A stretch of 64,000 nt of DNA from an uncultured Collinsella sp. Its GTDB lineage: Bacteria; Actinomycetota; Coriobacteriia; Coriobacteriales; Coriobacteriaceae. The stretch is from positions 674-64,673 of the forward strand of contig CAAECF010000109.1 in the NCBI GenBank assembly GCA_900754275.1. The letters are read 5' to 3'. Every line of letters begins with the position of its first letter. Positions within the stretch are counted from its first letter, which is position 1. The notes under the pieces were generated by a model. The model was not told the origin of the DNA and searched no databases. It saw only the letters and a program-made list of their open reading frames with translations. Shown piece by piece: positions 36,129-46,341 of the stretch. Made by a program: the position numbers and the translations under genes.

Positions 36129-37019
36129 ATGACAAACCACCACGCTGAAGACGGCGATAAGAAAAGCATTTTGGATGCCCGCATTGAGCGAGCATATGCA
36201 AACGAATATGACGCCGCCTTTGCCGCCGCGACCATCAAGAACTACGCGTCGCTACCGCTCGCGACGATCTTGGCCGACCACCCTCAACTGCTGAAGCGCT
36301 GCACAAGGATCATGGGCGACCCCGACATTCGCAAGCTGACAGACCCCTATGCCCCAAAACGCGACAACGATTCGTACGTTCTTACCGTAGGCTGCCTAGC
36401 CCATATGCTTACGGCGCTCGACACGAAACTCAAGCTCGAATGGGAACCCGACGAGCGTCATGAACTCGAAAGCAAGCGGAACACCCTGCGCACCGCACTG
36501 TTCCTTCCGTTGGACGGCCTCAAGCGCTGCAACGTCGAGCTCAATACACAGGCGCAGCAAAAGCCCGGGACCACGGGGCAGAAAACTCCAAGACCCCATG
36601 CGGCCATCGTCGACCGCAACCGATATAACCGCATGACCGCGCACTTTTCCGCCGAGGGAGCAGCCATAAGGACGCTGATCGACCTGCTGTGCCTCCTGAG
36701 CATCAACGAGCTATTTGAGGGCTATCTCGCCCTTGTTCCCGCGACGGCACCCAAGTCGGTAGCAAAGATCATCGAGACCTGCAGACGCCAGTTTGAGCGC
36801 CATCGCAATGGCAGCGAGATGAACGCCAGCATCGCGCAGTACTACGCGGCTCATTACAAAAATGACGGATGTGCCCCTATCGAGCATCAGCTGCGGCTCG
36901 CCTACACCACGCCCGTCGCAACGCTCCATCGCTTTGGAACCCTTGGCGCTTGCGAGCCGCACGGACAGGCAGCCTGCCCCACAACCGAGCTCGATCTCAG
37001 GCTCGGACGAACCCTGTAG
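36129..37019 (+). CDS. hypothetical protein (inside the inserted element)
   Basis: GGAGAAG RBS before the MTNHHAEDG start; 296 aa, no recognisable motifs. Confidence 0.4.
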   Translation: MTNHHAEDGDKKSILDARIERAYANEYDAAFAAATIKNYASLPLATILADHPQLLKRCTRIMGDPDIRKLTDPYAPKRDNDSYVLTVGCLAHMLTALDTKLKLEWEPDERHELESKRNTLRTALFLPLDGLKRCNVELNTQAQQKPGTTGQKTPRPHAAIVDRNRYNRMTAHFSAEGAAIRTLIDLLCLLSINELFEGYLALVPATAPKSVAKIIETCRRQFERHRNGSEMNASIAQYYAAHYKNDGCAPIEHQLRLAYTTPVATLHRFGTLGACEPHGQAACPTTELDLRLGRTL

Positions 37020-37082
37020 CCCGCCAGCCCCTCCGCGGGCAGCGACTCTATTCCGCAACACCACCAACAGAAAGGAGTCCTC

Positions 37083-37700
37083 ATGGACACCAATCATTCC
37101 CCCATCATCAGCCCCCTCACCATGCGTGAATCCGCCCGAGGTATCACGCTCACCAGCATTTACGATGAGATGCTCGCCCGTCGCGAGCTCTTCGTCATGG
37201 GAAACATCGAAACCCCGATGGCCCACGACCTATGCCAGCAGATCCGCCTGCTCGATGCCACCGACCCCAGCCGCCCCATCACCATATTTGTCGCCAGCGC
37301 CGGCGGAAGCGTGCGATCGGGTCTTGCGATCTATGACGCCATGCGCCTCGCATCGTGCCCTATCCGCACCGTCTGCCTGGAATTCGCCGCGTCCATGGGC
37401 GCCGTGATCTTTATGGGCGGCGACGATCGCCGTATGGCGCCCCATGCAGAGCTCATGATTCACGACCCGCTGATCCCCCAGGGGGCAGGCGGCTCGGCAC
37501 TTGCGCTGCAGGAAACCAGCCGGCGTCTCATGCAGACCCGCAAGACCCTCACGCAAATCCTCTCGGACCGCAGCGGCCTCACGCCCAAGCGCATCCAGTC
37601 CCTCACTGCAAAAGACACCTACCTTTCGGCCGAGCGCGCCGTCGAGCTCGGCTTTGCCCACGAAATCCTCTCGACCACCAAGGAGGTCGCCCATGTCTAA
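37083..37700 (+). CDS. ClpP/S14-family serine protease-like protein
   Basis: FAASMGAVIF (GxAASMG catalytic Ser) and MIHDPL (His of IHQP) motifs; 205 aa. Confidence 0.7.
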   Translation: MDTNHSPIISPLTMRESARGITLTSIYDEMLARRELFVMGNIETPMAHDLCQQIRLLDATDPSRPITIFVASAGGSVRSGLAIYDAMRLASCPIRTVCLEFAASMGAVIFMGGDDRRMAPHAELMIHDPLIPQGAGGSALALQETSRRLMQTRKTLTQILSDRSGLTPKRIQSLTAKDTYLSAERAVELGFAHEILSTTKEVAHV

Positions 37701-38997
37701 CCTCGCCAGCCGCCTCGCCGCATCTGAGTCCGCATCGTCCACCATCCTCGCCAAGGATCGAACGCTTTCCTGCGACACCCGCCAAACGGGACTCAACAAC
37801 AACGCACTTGTAATCGGCCCCTCGGGAGCCGGCAAGACCCGAAACGTCCTCAAGCCCAACCTGCTGCAAATGAACGCAAGCTACATCGTGCTCGACACCA
37901 AAGGCACGCTCTGTCGCGAAGTGGGACCCGTGCTGGCAGCCCACGGTTACCGCGTGCAATGTCTCAACTTCGCCGACCTCAACACCGTCCCGGCCCTTGC
38001 GCCCGGCATCGAGCGCTGCGGCTACAACCCCCTGAGGCACATTCGCCGCAAGGCGGACGGCAGGCCCAACCAGCAGGACATCCTCTCGGTGGCAAAGGCC
38101 ATCTGCCCCATCGAGGACAACAACCAGCCTTTTTGGGATCATGCGGTGGCAAACCTGCTGTCGTGTCTTATCGCCTACGTCACCGAACAGCTACCCGCCG
38201 ACGAGCAGACGATCAGCTCGGTCATCAAGCTGATCGAGCACCTGCAGGACGGTGCCACGGCCCGATTGTTTGACGATCTGATCACGACCGACCCCCAAAG
38301 CTATGCCCTCTCGCTATGGCGGCGCTACGCCATTACGCAAAATGCCGAGCGCATGCACGCGAGCATCGTCGGCATCCTTGCCGAAAAGGTCATGTGTCTG
38401 GGATTCGACGGTGCGGCACAGCTCTATCGTGAGTGCCATCAGGTGGACTTCGCTTCCATGGGACACACCCCCTGCGCCCTGTTTGTAACCGTAAGCGATA
38501 TTGACCGCAATCTCGATCCGCTGACCGGCCTCTTTATTACGCAGGCGTTTATGGGCCTCATTCGCGAAGCCGATAGGCAGCCCGACGGCAGCCTGCCCGT
38601 GCCCGTGCGCTTTATGCTCGATGACTTCGCAAATCTGCAGATCCCCCAGATCGACAACGTGCTCTCGATTATCCGAAGCCGCAACATCTGGGCAACGCTG
38701 CTATTGCAGTCGACCAACCAGCTCGATGCGCTCTACGGCGAGGCGCGAGCTCGCTCCATCATGGGCAACTGCGACACGCATCTGGTGCTGGCGTTCCAGG
38801 ATCCCGAGAGCGCCCGGGTGTTTTCCGACCGCGCCGACGCACTGCCCAGCACGCTCATGGCGACGCCGATCGATCGCTCGTGGCTCTTTGTACGCGGTCG
38901 CACTCCCGAACAGGTCGAGCGCTTTAGGCTCGAAGACCATCCGCTCTACGGGGAGCTGCCCGAAGCGCAGCGAGACCATGCGGAGGCCGAGATCTAG
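37693..38997 (+). CDS. type IV secretion coupling protein (VirD4/TraG/TraD-family conjugative ATPase, short form)
   Basis: Walker A GPSGAGKT, Walker B-like LDDFANL. AGGAGG RBS; start overlaps the ClpP-like stop. Confidence 0.8.
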   Translation: MSNLASRLAASESASSTILAKDRTLSCDTRQTGLNNNALVIGPSGAGKTRNVLKPNLLQMNASYIVLDTKGTLCREVGPVLAAHGYRVQCLNFADLNTVPALAPGIERCGYNPLRHIRRKADGRPNQQDILSVAKAICPIEDNNQPFWDHAVANLLSCLIAYVTEQLPADEQTISSVIKLIEHLQDGATARLFDDLITTDPQSYALSLWRRYAITQNAERMHASIVGILAEKVMCLGFDGAAQLYRECHQVDFASMGHTPCALFVTVSDIDRNLDPLTGLFITQAFMGLIREADRQPDGSLPVPVRFMLDDFANLQIPQIDNVLSIIRSRNIWATLLLQSTNQLDALYGEARARSIMGNCDTHLVLAFQDPESARVFSDRADALPSTLMATPIDRSWLFVRGRTPEQVERFRLEDHPLYGELPEAQRDHAEAEI

Positions 38998-39074
38998 GCG
39001 CAGGGTTCTCGCAGCGCGCGGCGCCCCGGCGATGTTCCGCAAGGGCCGTGCGCCCCGGGACCACGGCAAAGCAA

Positions 39075-39168
39075 AGGGGCCCGCATCCGATAGGATACGG
39101 GCCCCTGACTATAAGGCGCGATGCGTTAACAGCAGCGACTACTTGCGGTGAGCGCGGTAGAACTCGAT
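39075..39168. repeat. attR-like direct repeat contiguous with the intact pgi 3' end (terminator hairpin plus 32-bp core)
   Basis: See the 35573-35664 feature. Confidence 0.6.
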
Positions 39169-40833
39169 GAGCGCCTGGGTCGAAGCGTCCTGCTCGGCCT
39201 TGGCGGCGTCGTCGTGGAAGGCCGGGGTGATCTGCTTGGCAAGCTGCTTGCCCAGCTCGACGCCCCACTGGTCGTAGGAGTCAATGCCCCAGACCGTGCC
39301 CTCGACAAACGTGATGTGCTCGTACAGGGCGATGAGCTCGCCGAGTGCGAACGGGGTCAGCGTGTCGCCGAAGATCGAGGTCGTCGGACGGTTGCCCTCA
39401 AAGCAGCGGGCCGGGACGATCTGCTCGGGCGTACCCTCGGCACGAACCTCGTCGGCCGTCTTACCAAAGGCGAGTGCCTTGGTCTGGGCCAGGAAGTTGC
39501 CCAAGAACAGCTCGTGCACGTCCTGACCGCTGTCGGTCGCAGGGTTGGCAGTGTTGGCGAAAGCGATAAAGTCGGCCGGAACCACCACGGTGCCCTGGTG
39601 CAGCAGCTGGTAGAAGGCGTGCTGACCGTTGGTGCCGGGCTCGCCCCAGAAGATCTCACCGGTGTCGGAGGTCACAGCGCTGCCGTCCCAGCGGACATGC
39701 TTGCCGTTGGACTCCATGGTGAGCTGCTGCAGGTAGGCCGGGAAACGGTGCAGATACTGGCAGTACGGAAGCACGGCGTGGCTCTTGGAACCGAAGAAGT
39801 TGACGTACCAGACGTTGAGCAGGCCCATCAGCGCGACGGCGTTGTTCTCGAGCGGGGTGTTGCAGAAGTACTCGTCGATGGCATGGAAGCCCTCGAGGAA
39901 CTGCTGGAAGCGCTCGGGGCCGAGCACGACGATCAGCGACAGGCCCACGGCGGAGTCGACGGAGTAGCGGCCGCCGACCCAGTTCCAGAAGCCGAAGGCG
40001 TTGGCGGGGTCGATGCCGAAGGCCTCGACCTTCTCGAGTGCGGTGGAAACGGCGACGAAGTGCTTTGCCACGGCCTCGGCGTTCTGCTCATCGGAGCCGT
40101 CGATGGCGCCCTGAGCCTTGAGCTGCTCGAGCATCCAGGTCTTGACTTCGCGGGCGTTGGTGAGGGTCTCGAGCGTGGTGAAGGTCTTGGAGACGATGAT
40201 CACGAGCGTGGTCTCGGGATCCAAACCCTTGAGCTTCTCGGCCTGATCGTTGGGGTCGATGTTGGAGATGTAGCGGCAGTCGATACCGGCGTCGGCGTAG
40301 GGACGCAGGGCCTCGTAGGCCATGACCGGGCCCAGATCGGAGCCGCCGATGCCGATGGACACCAGGTGCTCGATCTTCTTACCGCTTACGCCCTTCCACT
40401 CACCGGAGCGCACGCGCTCGGCGAAGGCATACATGCGGTCGAGGACCTCGTGCACGTCGGCGACGACATCCTGGCCGTCAACGATGAGCTGGCCCTTCTC
40501 GCTTGCCGGACGGCGAAGCGCGGTGTGCAGAACAGCGCGGTCCTCGGTGGTGTTGATGTGCTCGCCGGAGAACATGGCGTCGCGGCGCTCCTCGAGCTTC
40601 ACCTCGCGGGCAAGATCGCACAGCAGCTTGACGGTCTCATCGGTCACCAGGTTCTTGGACAGGTCAAAGTGCAGGTCACCAGCGTCAAAGCTCAGCTTGT
40701 TCACACGCTCGGGATCGGCAGCGAACCAGGCCTTGAGGTCGATGCCCTCGGCCTCGAGCTTCTCCTGATGGGCCTCGAGCGCCTTCCAAGCGGCGGTCGA
40801 CGTAGCGTCGATAGGTGCGGCAACAGTTGCCAT
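39139..40833 (-). CDS. pgi: glucose-6-phosphate isomerase (long eukaryote-like form)
   Basis: 564 aa from the ATG at 40833 (GAGGAGG RBS). PGI signatures DxxGGRYSxxSAVG and GxLxxxHxxTxxxLK regions. Confidence 0.9.
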   Translation of the reverse strand: MATVAAPIDATSTAAWKALEAHQEKLEAEGIDLKAWFAADPERVNKLSFDAGDLHFDLSKNLVTDETVKLLCDLAREVKLEERRDAMFSGEHINTTEDRAVLHTALRRPASEKGQLIVDGQDVVADVHEVLDRMYAFAERVRSGEWKGVSGKKIEHLVSIGIGGSDLGPVMAYEALRPYADAGIDCRYISNIDPNDQAEKLKGLDPETTLVIIVSKTFTTLETLTNAREVKTWMLEQLKAQGAIDGSDEQNAEAVAKHFVAVSTALEKVEAFGIDPANAFGFWNWVGGRYSVDSAVGLSLIVVLGPERFQQFLEGFHAIDEYFCNTPLENNAVALMGLLNVWYVNFFGSKSHAVLPYCQYLHRFPAYLQQLTMESNGKHVRWDGSAVTSDTGEIFWGEPGTNGQHAFYQLLHQGTVVVPADFIAFANTANPATDSGQDVHELFLGNFLAQTKALAFGKTADEVRAEGTPEQIVPARCFEGNRPTTSIFGDTLTPFALGELIALYEHITFVEGTVWGIDSYDQWGVELGKQLAKQITPAFHDDAAKAEQDASTQALIEFYRAHRK

Positions 40834-40956
40834 AAAGTCCTCCTCAGCATACGGGCACACACCTCCATGCGCCCGGATAATCAGATGCCCCTATTCTAGC
40901 GCAGGTCAAGACCGTAATCAGCGAGCGTTGCCAATCCGCCCCCAAACGGCGACCGA

Positions 40957-41024
40957 CCAAAAAGGGACAGGTTTATTTTGGCAGGTCAAACGCTTTACCA
41001 ACCAAAATAAACCTGTCCCTTCCT
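40957..41024 (-). terminator. very long perfect hairpin terminator (18-bp stem GGGACAGGTTTATTTTGG/CCAAAATAAACCTGTCCC, 20-nt loop, then T-run on minus strand)
   Basis: Seen directly; follows the stop of the 41033-41608 gene. Confidence 0.6.
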
Positions 41025-41032
41025 GGCAGGTA

Positions 41033-41608
41033 TTAGGCCGCGGCGCACACGCTGCCGAGCAACTCGCGCAGAGGAGACCCAATGCCCTCAAGCAGTTCGG
41101 GAGCGATAATGGCAAAAACGGGAACCTCGCCGGCTCCCACGACGGCAGGCACTTTGCCCTCCGAGACAATACATCCATAAGGGACAAAACCGTCTTCGCC
41201 GGCATCGAGCGCCGCCATGCGACGCGCGAGTTCGCGCGCAAAGCCGGCGGTATCGGCATCGCCGATCGCCAGGACAAAGTCCACGCCTTCGTCGGTCGCC
41301 AGGGCTACGGCCTCATCGACCAAATCGTCTCCCCCGTCGCCCCCGACCAAGCCGCAGCGAAAAAGCACGCGTTCGAGCAGAGCTCGATCAAGCGAGCCGA
41401 GCGCCGCCGAGACGAGCTCATCGTGCGTATGTTTGTCACCGCCCAACACGACCAGCGCCTTGGTGCCACCGTAGTGAGCGACCAATCGTCCGCACCAGCG
41501 AGCCACGTCTCCATCCGCAACAAGGCGCGTCGGCATACCAAACCCATAATTGACCATCTTTTCCACAACCCTTCCGTGCGTATAGGCGGTATCGATCGTT
41601 AGGCTCAT
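41033..41608 (-). CDS. hypothetical protein (weak resemblance to the N-terminal part of Fe-dependent alcohol/glycerol dehydrogenases)
   Basis: 191 aa. GGTKALVVLGGD and VDFVLAIGDADTAGFAR resemble nucleotide-binding segments; product uncertain. Confidence 0.35.
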   Translation of the reverse strand: MSLTIDTAYTHGRVVEKMVNYGFGMPTRLVADGDVARWCGRLVAHYGGTKALVVLGGDKHTHDELVSAALGSLDRALLERVLFRCGLVGGDGGDDLVDEAVALATDEGVDFVLAIGDADTAGFARELARRMAALDAGEDGFVPYGCIVSEGKVPAVVGAGEVPVFAIIAPELLEGIGSPLRELLGSVCAAA

Positions 41609-41698
41609 GCTACGAAGCGAGCTTTTCCGAGCTGTTTCGCGCTCTTTAGGGCTGCGTTAAAAACCCGATGCAGCCGCACGACCATACCCGCCAAAAAG

Positions 41699-41756
41699 GG
41701 ACAGGTTTTGACGGTGTCTGGTCGAGCGGGTATTATCGAACAGGTATTCGATAAGA
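41699..41756 (+). promoter_or_regulatory. SOS-type promoter: TTGACG-17nt-TATTAT with overlapping LexA (Cheo-like) box CGAACAGGTATTCG
   Basis: Near-palindrome ATCGAACAGGTATTCGAT immediately downstream of the -10 element and upstream of the Y-family polymerase gene. Confidence 0.55.
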
Positions 41757-41758
41757 AC

Positions 41759-43285
41759 ATGTGTTTGATGGGAGGACGCGTGGCGCACGAGCAGCACACC
41801 TACATCTGCATCGACCTCAAGACGTTTTATGCCAGCGTCGAGTGCGTGGACCGCGGGCTCGATCCACTCACCACCAACCTGGTCGTTGCCGACGAATCAC
41901 GCGGACGCACGACCATCTGCCTCGCCATCACACAGGCCATGAAGGACCTCGGGATACGCAATCGCTGCCGTCTGTTCGAAATTCCCGATGGCATCGACTA
42001 CATCAAAGCCGTACCGCGCATGCAGCACTACATGGAAGTATCGGCGCAGATCTACGGTATCTATCTGGAATACGTCAGCCCCCAGGACGTGCACGTCTAC
42101 TCCATCGATGAGTGTTTTATCGACGTAACGCCCTATCTGGACCTCTATCACACCGATGCGGAAGGGTTCGCCTGCACGCTGCGCGACGAGGTCTTGGCGC
42201 GCAGCGGCATCACGGCGACGGTCGGCATCGGCCCCAACCTATTCCAGGCCAAGGTAGCGCTCGACATTACCGCCAAACACGTACCCAGCCGCATCGGTAT
42301 ACTCGACGACGAGACCTTTCGCAAGGATATCTGGTCCCATCGCCCCATCACCGATATCTGGGGCATCGGCCCCGGCGTGGCAGCACGACTCGAAAAATAC
42401 GGCGTCTTCGATCTGATGGGTGTCGCCGCGCTCGACGAAAACCTGCTCTACGACGAGCTCGGCGTCAATGCCGAGTATCTTATCGATCACGCCTTTGGTC
42501 GCGAGCCGACAACCATCGCTGATATCCAAGCCTATCGCCCGCAGGTGACCTCGACCACCACGGGACAGGTGCTCTCGAAGGGCTATGCCTACGAGCAGGC
42601 CTACACCGTCTTGCGCGAGATGATCGACAACGCCGTACTGGACTTGGTCGATAAGCACGTGGTCTGCGACAGCATCTCGCTCTTTGTGGGCTACGCGAAC
42701 GAGCGGGCCGACATCCGCCGACTCGACGCCAGCGGAACGGCACAGTATATAGACGGCTGTGGGCACCTGCGCTCGAGCACCTCGGGCATCGAGCCCGCAG
42801 CGACCGACGGTCCCGAGCTCGCGCCCCGTGCTCCCAAGCCCGTCCAGCGCGATGACGAACGGCGCCGCCTGGTGCGCGAAGCGCAGGCAATCGATGGCAT
42901 CTTTGTGGGAGAGCATGGCGGCAAACCGCGTGGTGGCTATGCCGCACTCTTTGCGCACTCCAACGCCTCGCGAAAGCTACCCGAGCGCACCAATTCGTTT
43001 AAGAAGATCATGGGCTATTTCGATGAGCTCTGGGCGCAGACTGTCGATCCCAAACGACCGGTCAAGCGCATCAACCTGGGATTTGGCAACCTCATGCCCG
43101 AGGAATTTGCCACCATCGATCTGTTCAGCGATATCGAGGCCGATGAGCGCGAGCGCGACCTGGCGCGCGCCGTCCTGGCCGTGAAAGGCAAGTACGGCAA
43201 GAACGCGCTCGTCAAGGGATTAAGCTTTACCGCCGGCGCCACCGCGCGCGAACGCAACGAACAAGTTGGAGGACACCGTGCCTAA
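41759..43285 (+). CDS. Y-family DNA polymerase (UmuC/UvrX/DinB-like translesion polymerase)
   Basis: ICIDLKTFYASVEC (catalytic Asp region), SIDECFIDVT, UmuC-type fingers/palm order; about 509 aa. Confidence 0.85.
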   Translation: MCLMGGRVAHEQHTYICIDLKTFYASVECVDRGLDPLTTNLVVADESRGRTTICLAITQAMKDLGIRNRCRLFEIPDGIDYIKAVPRMQHYMEVSAQIYGIYLEYVSPQDVHVYSIDECFIDVTPYLDLYHTDAEGFACTLRDEVLARSGITATVGIGPNLFQAKVALDITAKHVPSRIGILDDETFRKDIWSHRPITDIWGIGPGVAARLEKYGVFDLMGVAALDENLLYDELGVNAEYLIDHAFGREPTTIADIQAYRPQVTSTTTGQVLSKGYAYEQAYTVLREMIDNAVLDLVDKHVVCDSISLFVGYANERADIRRLDASGTAQYIDGCGHLRSSTSGIEPAATDGPELAPRAPKPVQRDDERRRLVREAQAIDGIFVGEHGGKPRGGYAALFAHSNASRKLPERTNSFKKIMGYFDELWAQTVDPKRPVKRINLGFGNLMPEEFATIDLFSDIEADERERDLARAVLAVKGKYGKNALVKGLSFTAGATARERNEQVGGHRA

Positions 43286-43703
43286 ACCCAAACAACAGCC
43301 CGTGCGCCCGCCGACCGCCTTCGAGCGCCTGGCGGACCCCGAGGGCAGACGCCGCGCCGCCGACCCCAACCTCACTGCCAATGGTGCCGTGCGCGCCAAC
43401 CGCGCCGCACAGTTTATGCCCTTTGCCGCCCTCACGGGATACTACGAACTCGTGCGCAAGCAGGAAATCACCGTCGAGCCAAAACGTGAGCTCACGGAAG
43501 AAAAAGCCCTCGTGCTTTCTAAAAAACTCGAGGGTCTCAAACGTGGCGACTTGGTTCGTGTCACCTATTACGATACATACGGCTATCGCAGCCGCACCGG
43601 CATCCTCGACGAGGCGCTCCCCGCCTTCAAGCTCCTCAAGCTCCGAGACATCGCCATCGACTTCGACGACATCCAAGACATCGAACTGCGCGGACGAGCC
43701 TAG
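43266..43703 (+). CDS. YolD-like protein (UmuD-functional-analogue family, partner of UvrX/YqjW-type polymerases)
   Basis: 145 aa; overlaps the polymerase stop by 20 nt. YolD-like pattern FMPFAALTGYYE...VTYYD. Confidence 0.55.
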   Translation: MEDTVPKPKQQPVRPPTAFERLADPEGRRRAADPNLTANGAVRANRAAQFMPFAALTGYYELVRKQEITVEPKRELTEEKALVLSKKLEGLKRGDLVRVTYYDTYGYRSRTGILDEALPAFKLLKLRDIAIDFDDIQDIELRGRA

Positions 43704-43729
43704 CCAAGGAAGCGCATCCAGAGCGACGC

Positions 43730-44113
43730 TTACAGCGTCATGACGTAGTAGCCCGCGTCTTTCACGGCCGTCTCGAGGACACCACGATCAACCGGCTGCT
43801 TAGAGCGCACGCGTGCCGTGTGGTCCGCATACGTCACCGTTGCCCACACACCATCCAGCGCATTGAGGGCATTGGCCACGTTCTGAGCGCAGCCGTCGCA
43901 ACTCATGCCGCCGATGAGCAGCTCATCGCTATAGGGATAGTGTGACGCATCGGTATCCACCACAACAACCTTTTTGGCCTTCTTGCCGCTCGCACCATCG
44001 CTGCAGCAACTCTTCCCGTGTGTCGAAGCGGCAATGCGACGCAACCCAAAAAACATGCCGACGGCAATGACGGCCAGCACGATGAGATTCGCAGGGTTGA
44101 GCAAGTCACTCAT
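43730..44113 (-). CDS. membrane-anchored heavy-metal-associated (HMA) domain protein
   Basis: N-terminal TM helix and Cys-rich stretch (KSCCSDG) plus a C-terminal HMA domain with GMSCDGC metal-binding motif. Confidence 0.55.
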   Translation of the reverse strand: MSDLLNPANLIVLAVIAVGMFFGLRRIAASTHGKSCCSDGASGKKAKKVVVVDTDASHYPYSDELLIGGMSCDGCAQNVANALNALDGVWATVTYADHTARVRSKQPVDRGVLETAVKDAGYYVMTL

Positions 44114-44288
44114 GCGTTCCCCTTTCAAGTAGCACTATCTAGATACCCCCCATGGGGTGTCCCCATCTTAACCCAAAATCATGTCCGTTCGGTCAATAGT
44201 TTCCCTATTCAAACTTTTTAGTTGACCAAGGCTTACTTTCGTGTATAAGTTTTCCTAGGCTAACAAGTGAGGGCTCGAAAGGGGCAAC

Positions 44289-44993
44289 GTGACTCGAACC
44301 ATTGACATCCCAACATACCAAACGGCTGTCGTGCGCAACTGCTCCCCTACGCTCGCAGGTATCAAGCCGGCTTCACTCTTTACCTATCCCGGCGTTTACG
44401 CCAACCAAAACGGAAAACCCGGCGCCGCCCATATCGAAGAGCGACGCTCTCGCCTGCTCGCCGTCATAGCCCAATGCAACCGCGAGCTTCAGCCACTCGG
44501 GATCCATGTGAGCGTTTTGGTCTGGCGCCCCTGCGGAGCGCTCATCTATGTGTACCGCCCTGCGGACCTTATGCGATACCTCTCCGACCCCCGCGCCATG
44601 ACGGCGCTTGTCACCGAAGGTTACGATGTCCACAACCTGCCCGCATCCTTGGTGCATCTCGCCGCGCGCATCACGCTGGCAAGCAGCAATGCCGCAGAAA
44701 GTGCCTATGACGGCAGCGTCTGCGCACTCGCGCGAAATAGGCACTGCGATACGGGCTGCACGTGCGAGTTCCCCCACGAAATTGGCTATTTTTTGGGCTA
44801 TCCCTACGAAGATGTCCATCAGTTTATCGTCCAGCACGGCGAAAACTATAAGGTCTTTGGCGCATGGAAGGTATACACAAACGTTGAGCAGGCGCTCACG
44901 ACCTTCGATTCCTATCGCGCATGCACGCAATACCTTACCTACATCTATCAACAGGGCTGCACTCTGGGACAACTTGTCCAGGCAACCCGATAG
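44289..44993 (+). CDS. DUF3793-family protein
   Basis: N-terminal CSPTLAGIKPASLF motif typical of DUF3793; 234 aa; adjacent to a flavodoxin gene, as is common for this family. Confidence 0.5.
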   Translation: MTRTIDIPTYQTAVVRNCSPTLAGIKPASLFTYPGVYANQNGKPGAAHIEERRSRLLAVIAQCNRELQPLGIHVSVLVWRPCGALIYVYRPADLMRYLSDPRAMTALVTEGYDVHNLPASLVHLAARITLASSNAAESAYDGSVCALARNRHCDTGCTCEFPHEIGYFLGYPYEDVHQFIVQHGENYKVFGAWKVYTNVEQALTTFDSYRACTQYLTYIYQQGCTLGQLVQATR

Positions 44994-45039
44994 AGCATAC
45001 AAAACGCGGCCGCACGCCGCACAACCGAAAGGAAGACAT

Positions 45040-45459
45040 ATGAGCAAGATCGCCGTCGTCTACTGGAGCGGCACGGGCAACACCGAGGCCATGGCAAACC
45101 TCGTCGCCGAAGGCGCCACGTCCGCGGGTGCCGAGACTGAGGTCATCCCCTGCGCCGACTTCTCTGCCGACAAGGCCGCTGAATATGATGCCTTCGCCTT
45201 CGGCTGCCCAGCCATGGGCTCCGAGGAACTCGAGTACGATGAGTTCCAGCCGATGTGGGATGAGGTCAAGGAGACTCTCGACGACAAGAAGGTCGTCCTC
45301 TTTGGCTCCTATTCGTGGGCCGAGGGCGAGTGGATGGACAACTGGAAGGCCGACGCCGACGAGGCTGGCGTCAACGTCGTGGACTCCACCATCTGCTACG
45401 ACGCGCCCGACGACGAGAGCGAGACCGCTTGCAAGGCCCTCGGAGCCGAGCTCGCGTAA
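45040..45459 (+). CDS. short-chain flavodoxin
   Basis: MSKIAVVYWSGTGNTEAMA FMN-phosphate loop; 139 aa; GAAAGGAAG RBS. Confidence 0.85.
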   Translation: MSKIAVVYWSGTGNTEAMANLVAEGATSAGAETEVIPCADFSADKAAEYDAFAFGCPAMGSEELEYDEFQPMWDEVKETLDDKKVVLFGSYSWAEGEWMDNWKADADEAGVNVVDSTICYDAPDDESETACKALGAELA

Positions 45460-45512
45460 CGAGCCCAGGACCTCCAAAAGAGCCTGCATCAAAGCGCATC
45501 CCCATCCCTACA

Positions 45513-45554
45513 AAAGAGCGGGGGCTGGATTCAAGTCCAGCCCCCGCTCTTTTG
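45513..45554. terminator. bidirectional terminator with 18-bp perfect stem (AAAAGAGCGGGGGCTGGA...TCCAGCCCCCGCTCTTTT)
   Basis: Between the convergent flavodoxin and ABC ATPase genes. Confidence 0.8.
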
Positions 45555-45576
45555 TAACGGCAGTTACATCAACCGG

Positions 45577-46329
<753 letters not shown>

Positions 46330-46341
46330 GATAGGACCTCC

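Noticed and set aside
35841-36143. 100-aa minus ORF next to attL-like repeat (checked as possible integrase/excisionase)
   Set aside because: Hydrophobic, V/L-rich antisense-like translation without HTH or recombinase motifs. It overlaps the better-supported plus-strand gene start.
39148-40899. 583-aa plus ORF opposite pgi
   Set aside because: pgi identity is clear. The plus ORF is G/L/V/A-rich antisense.
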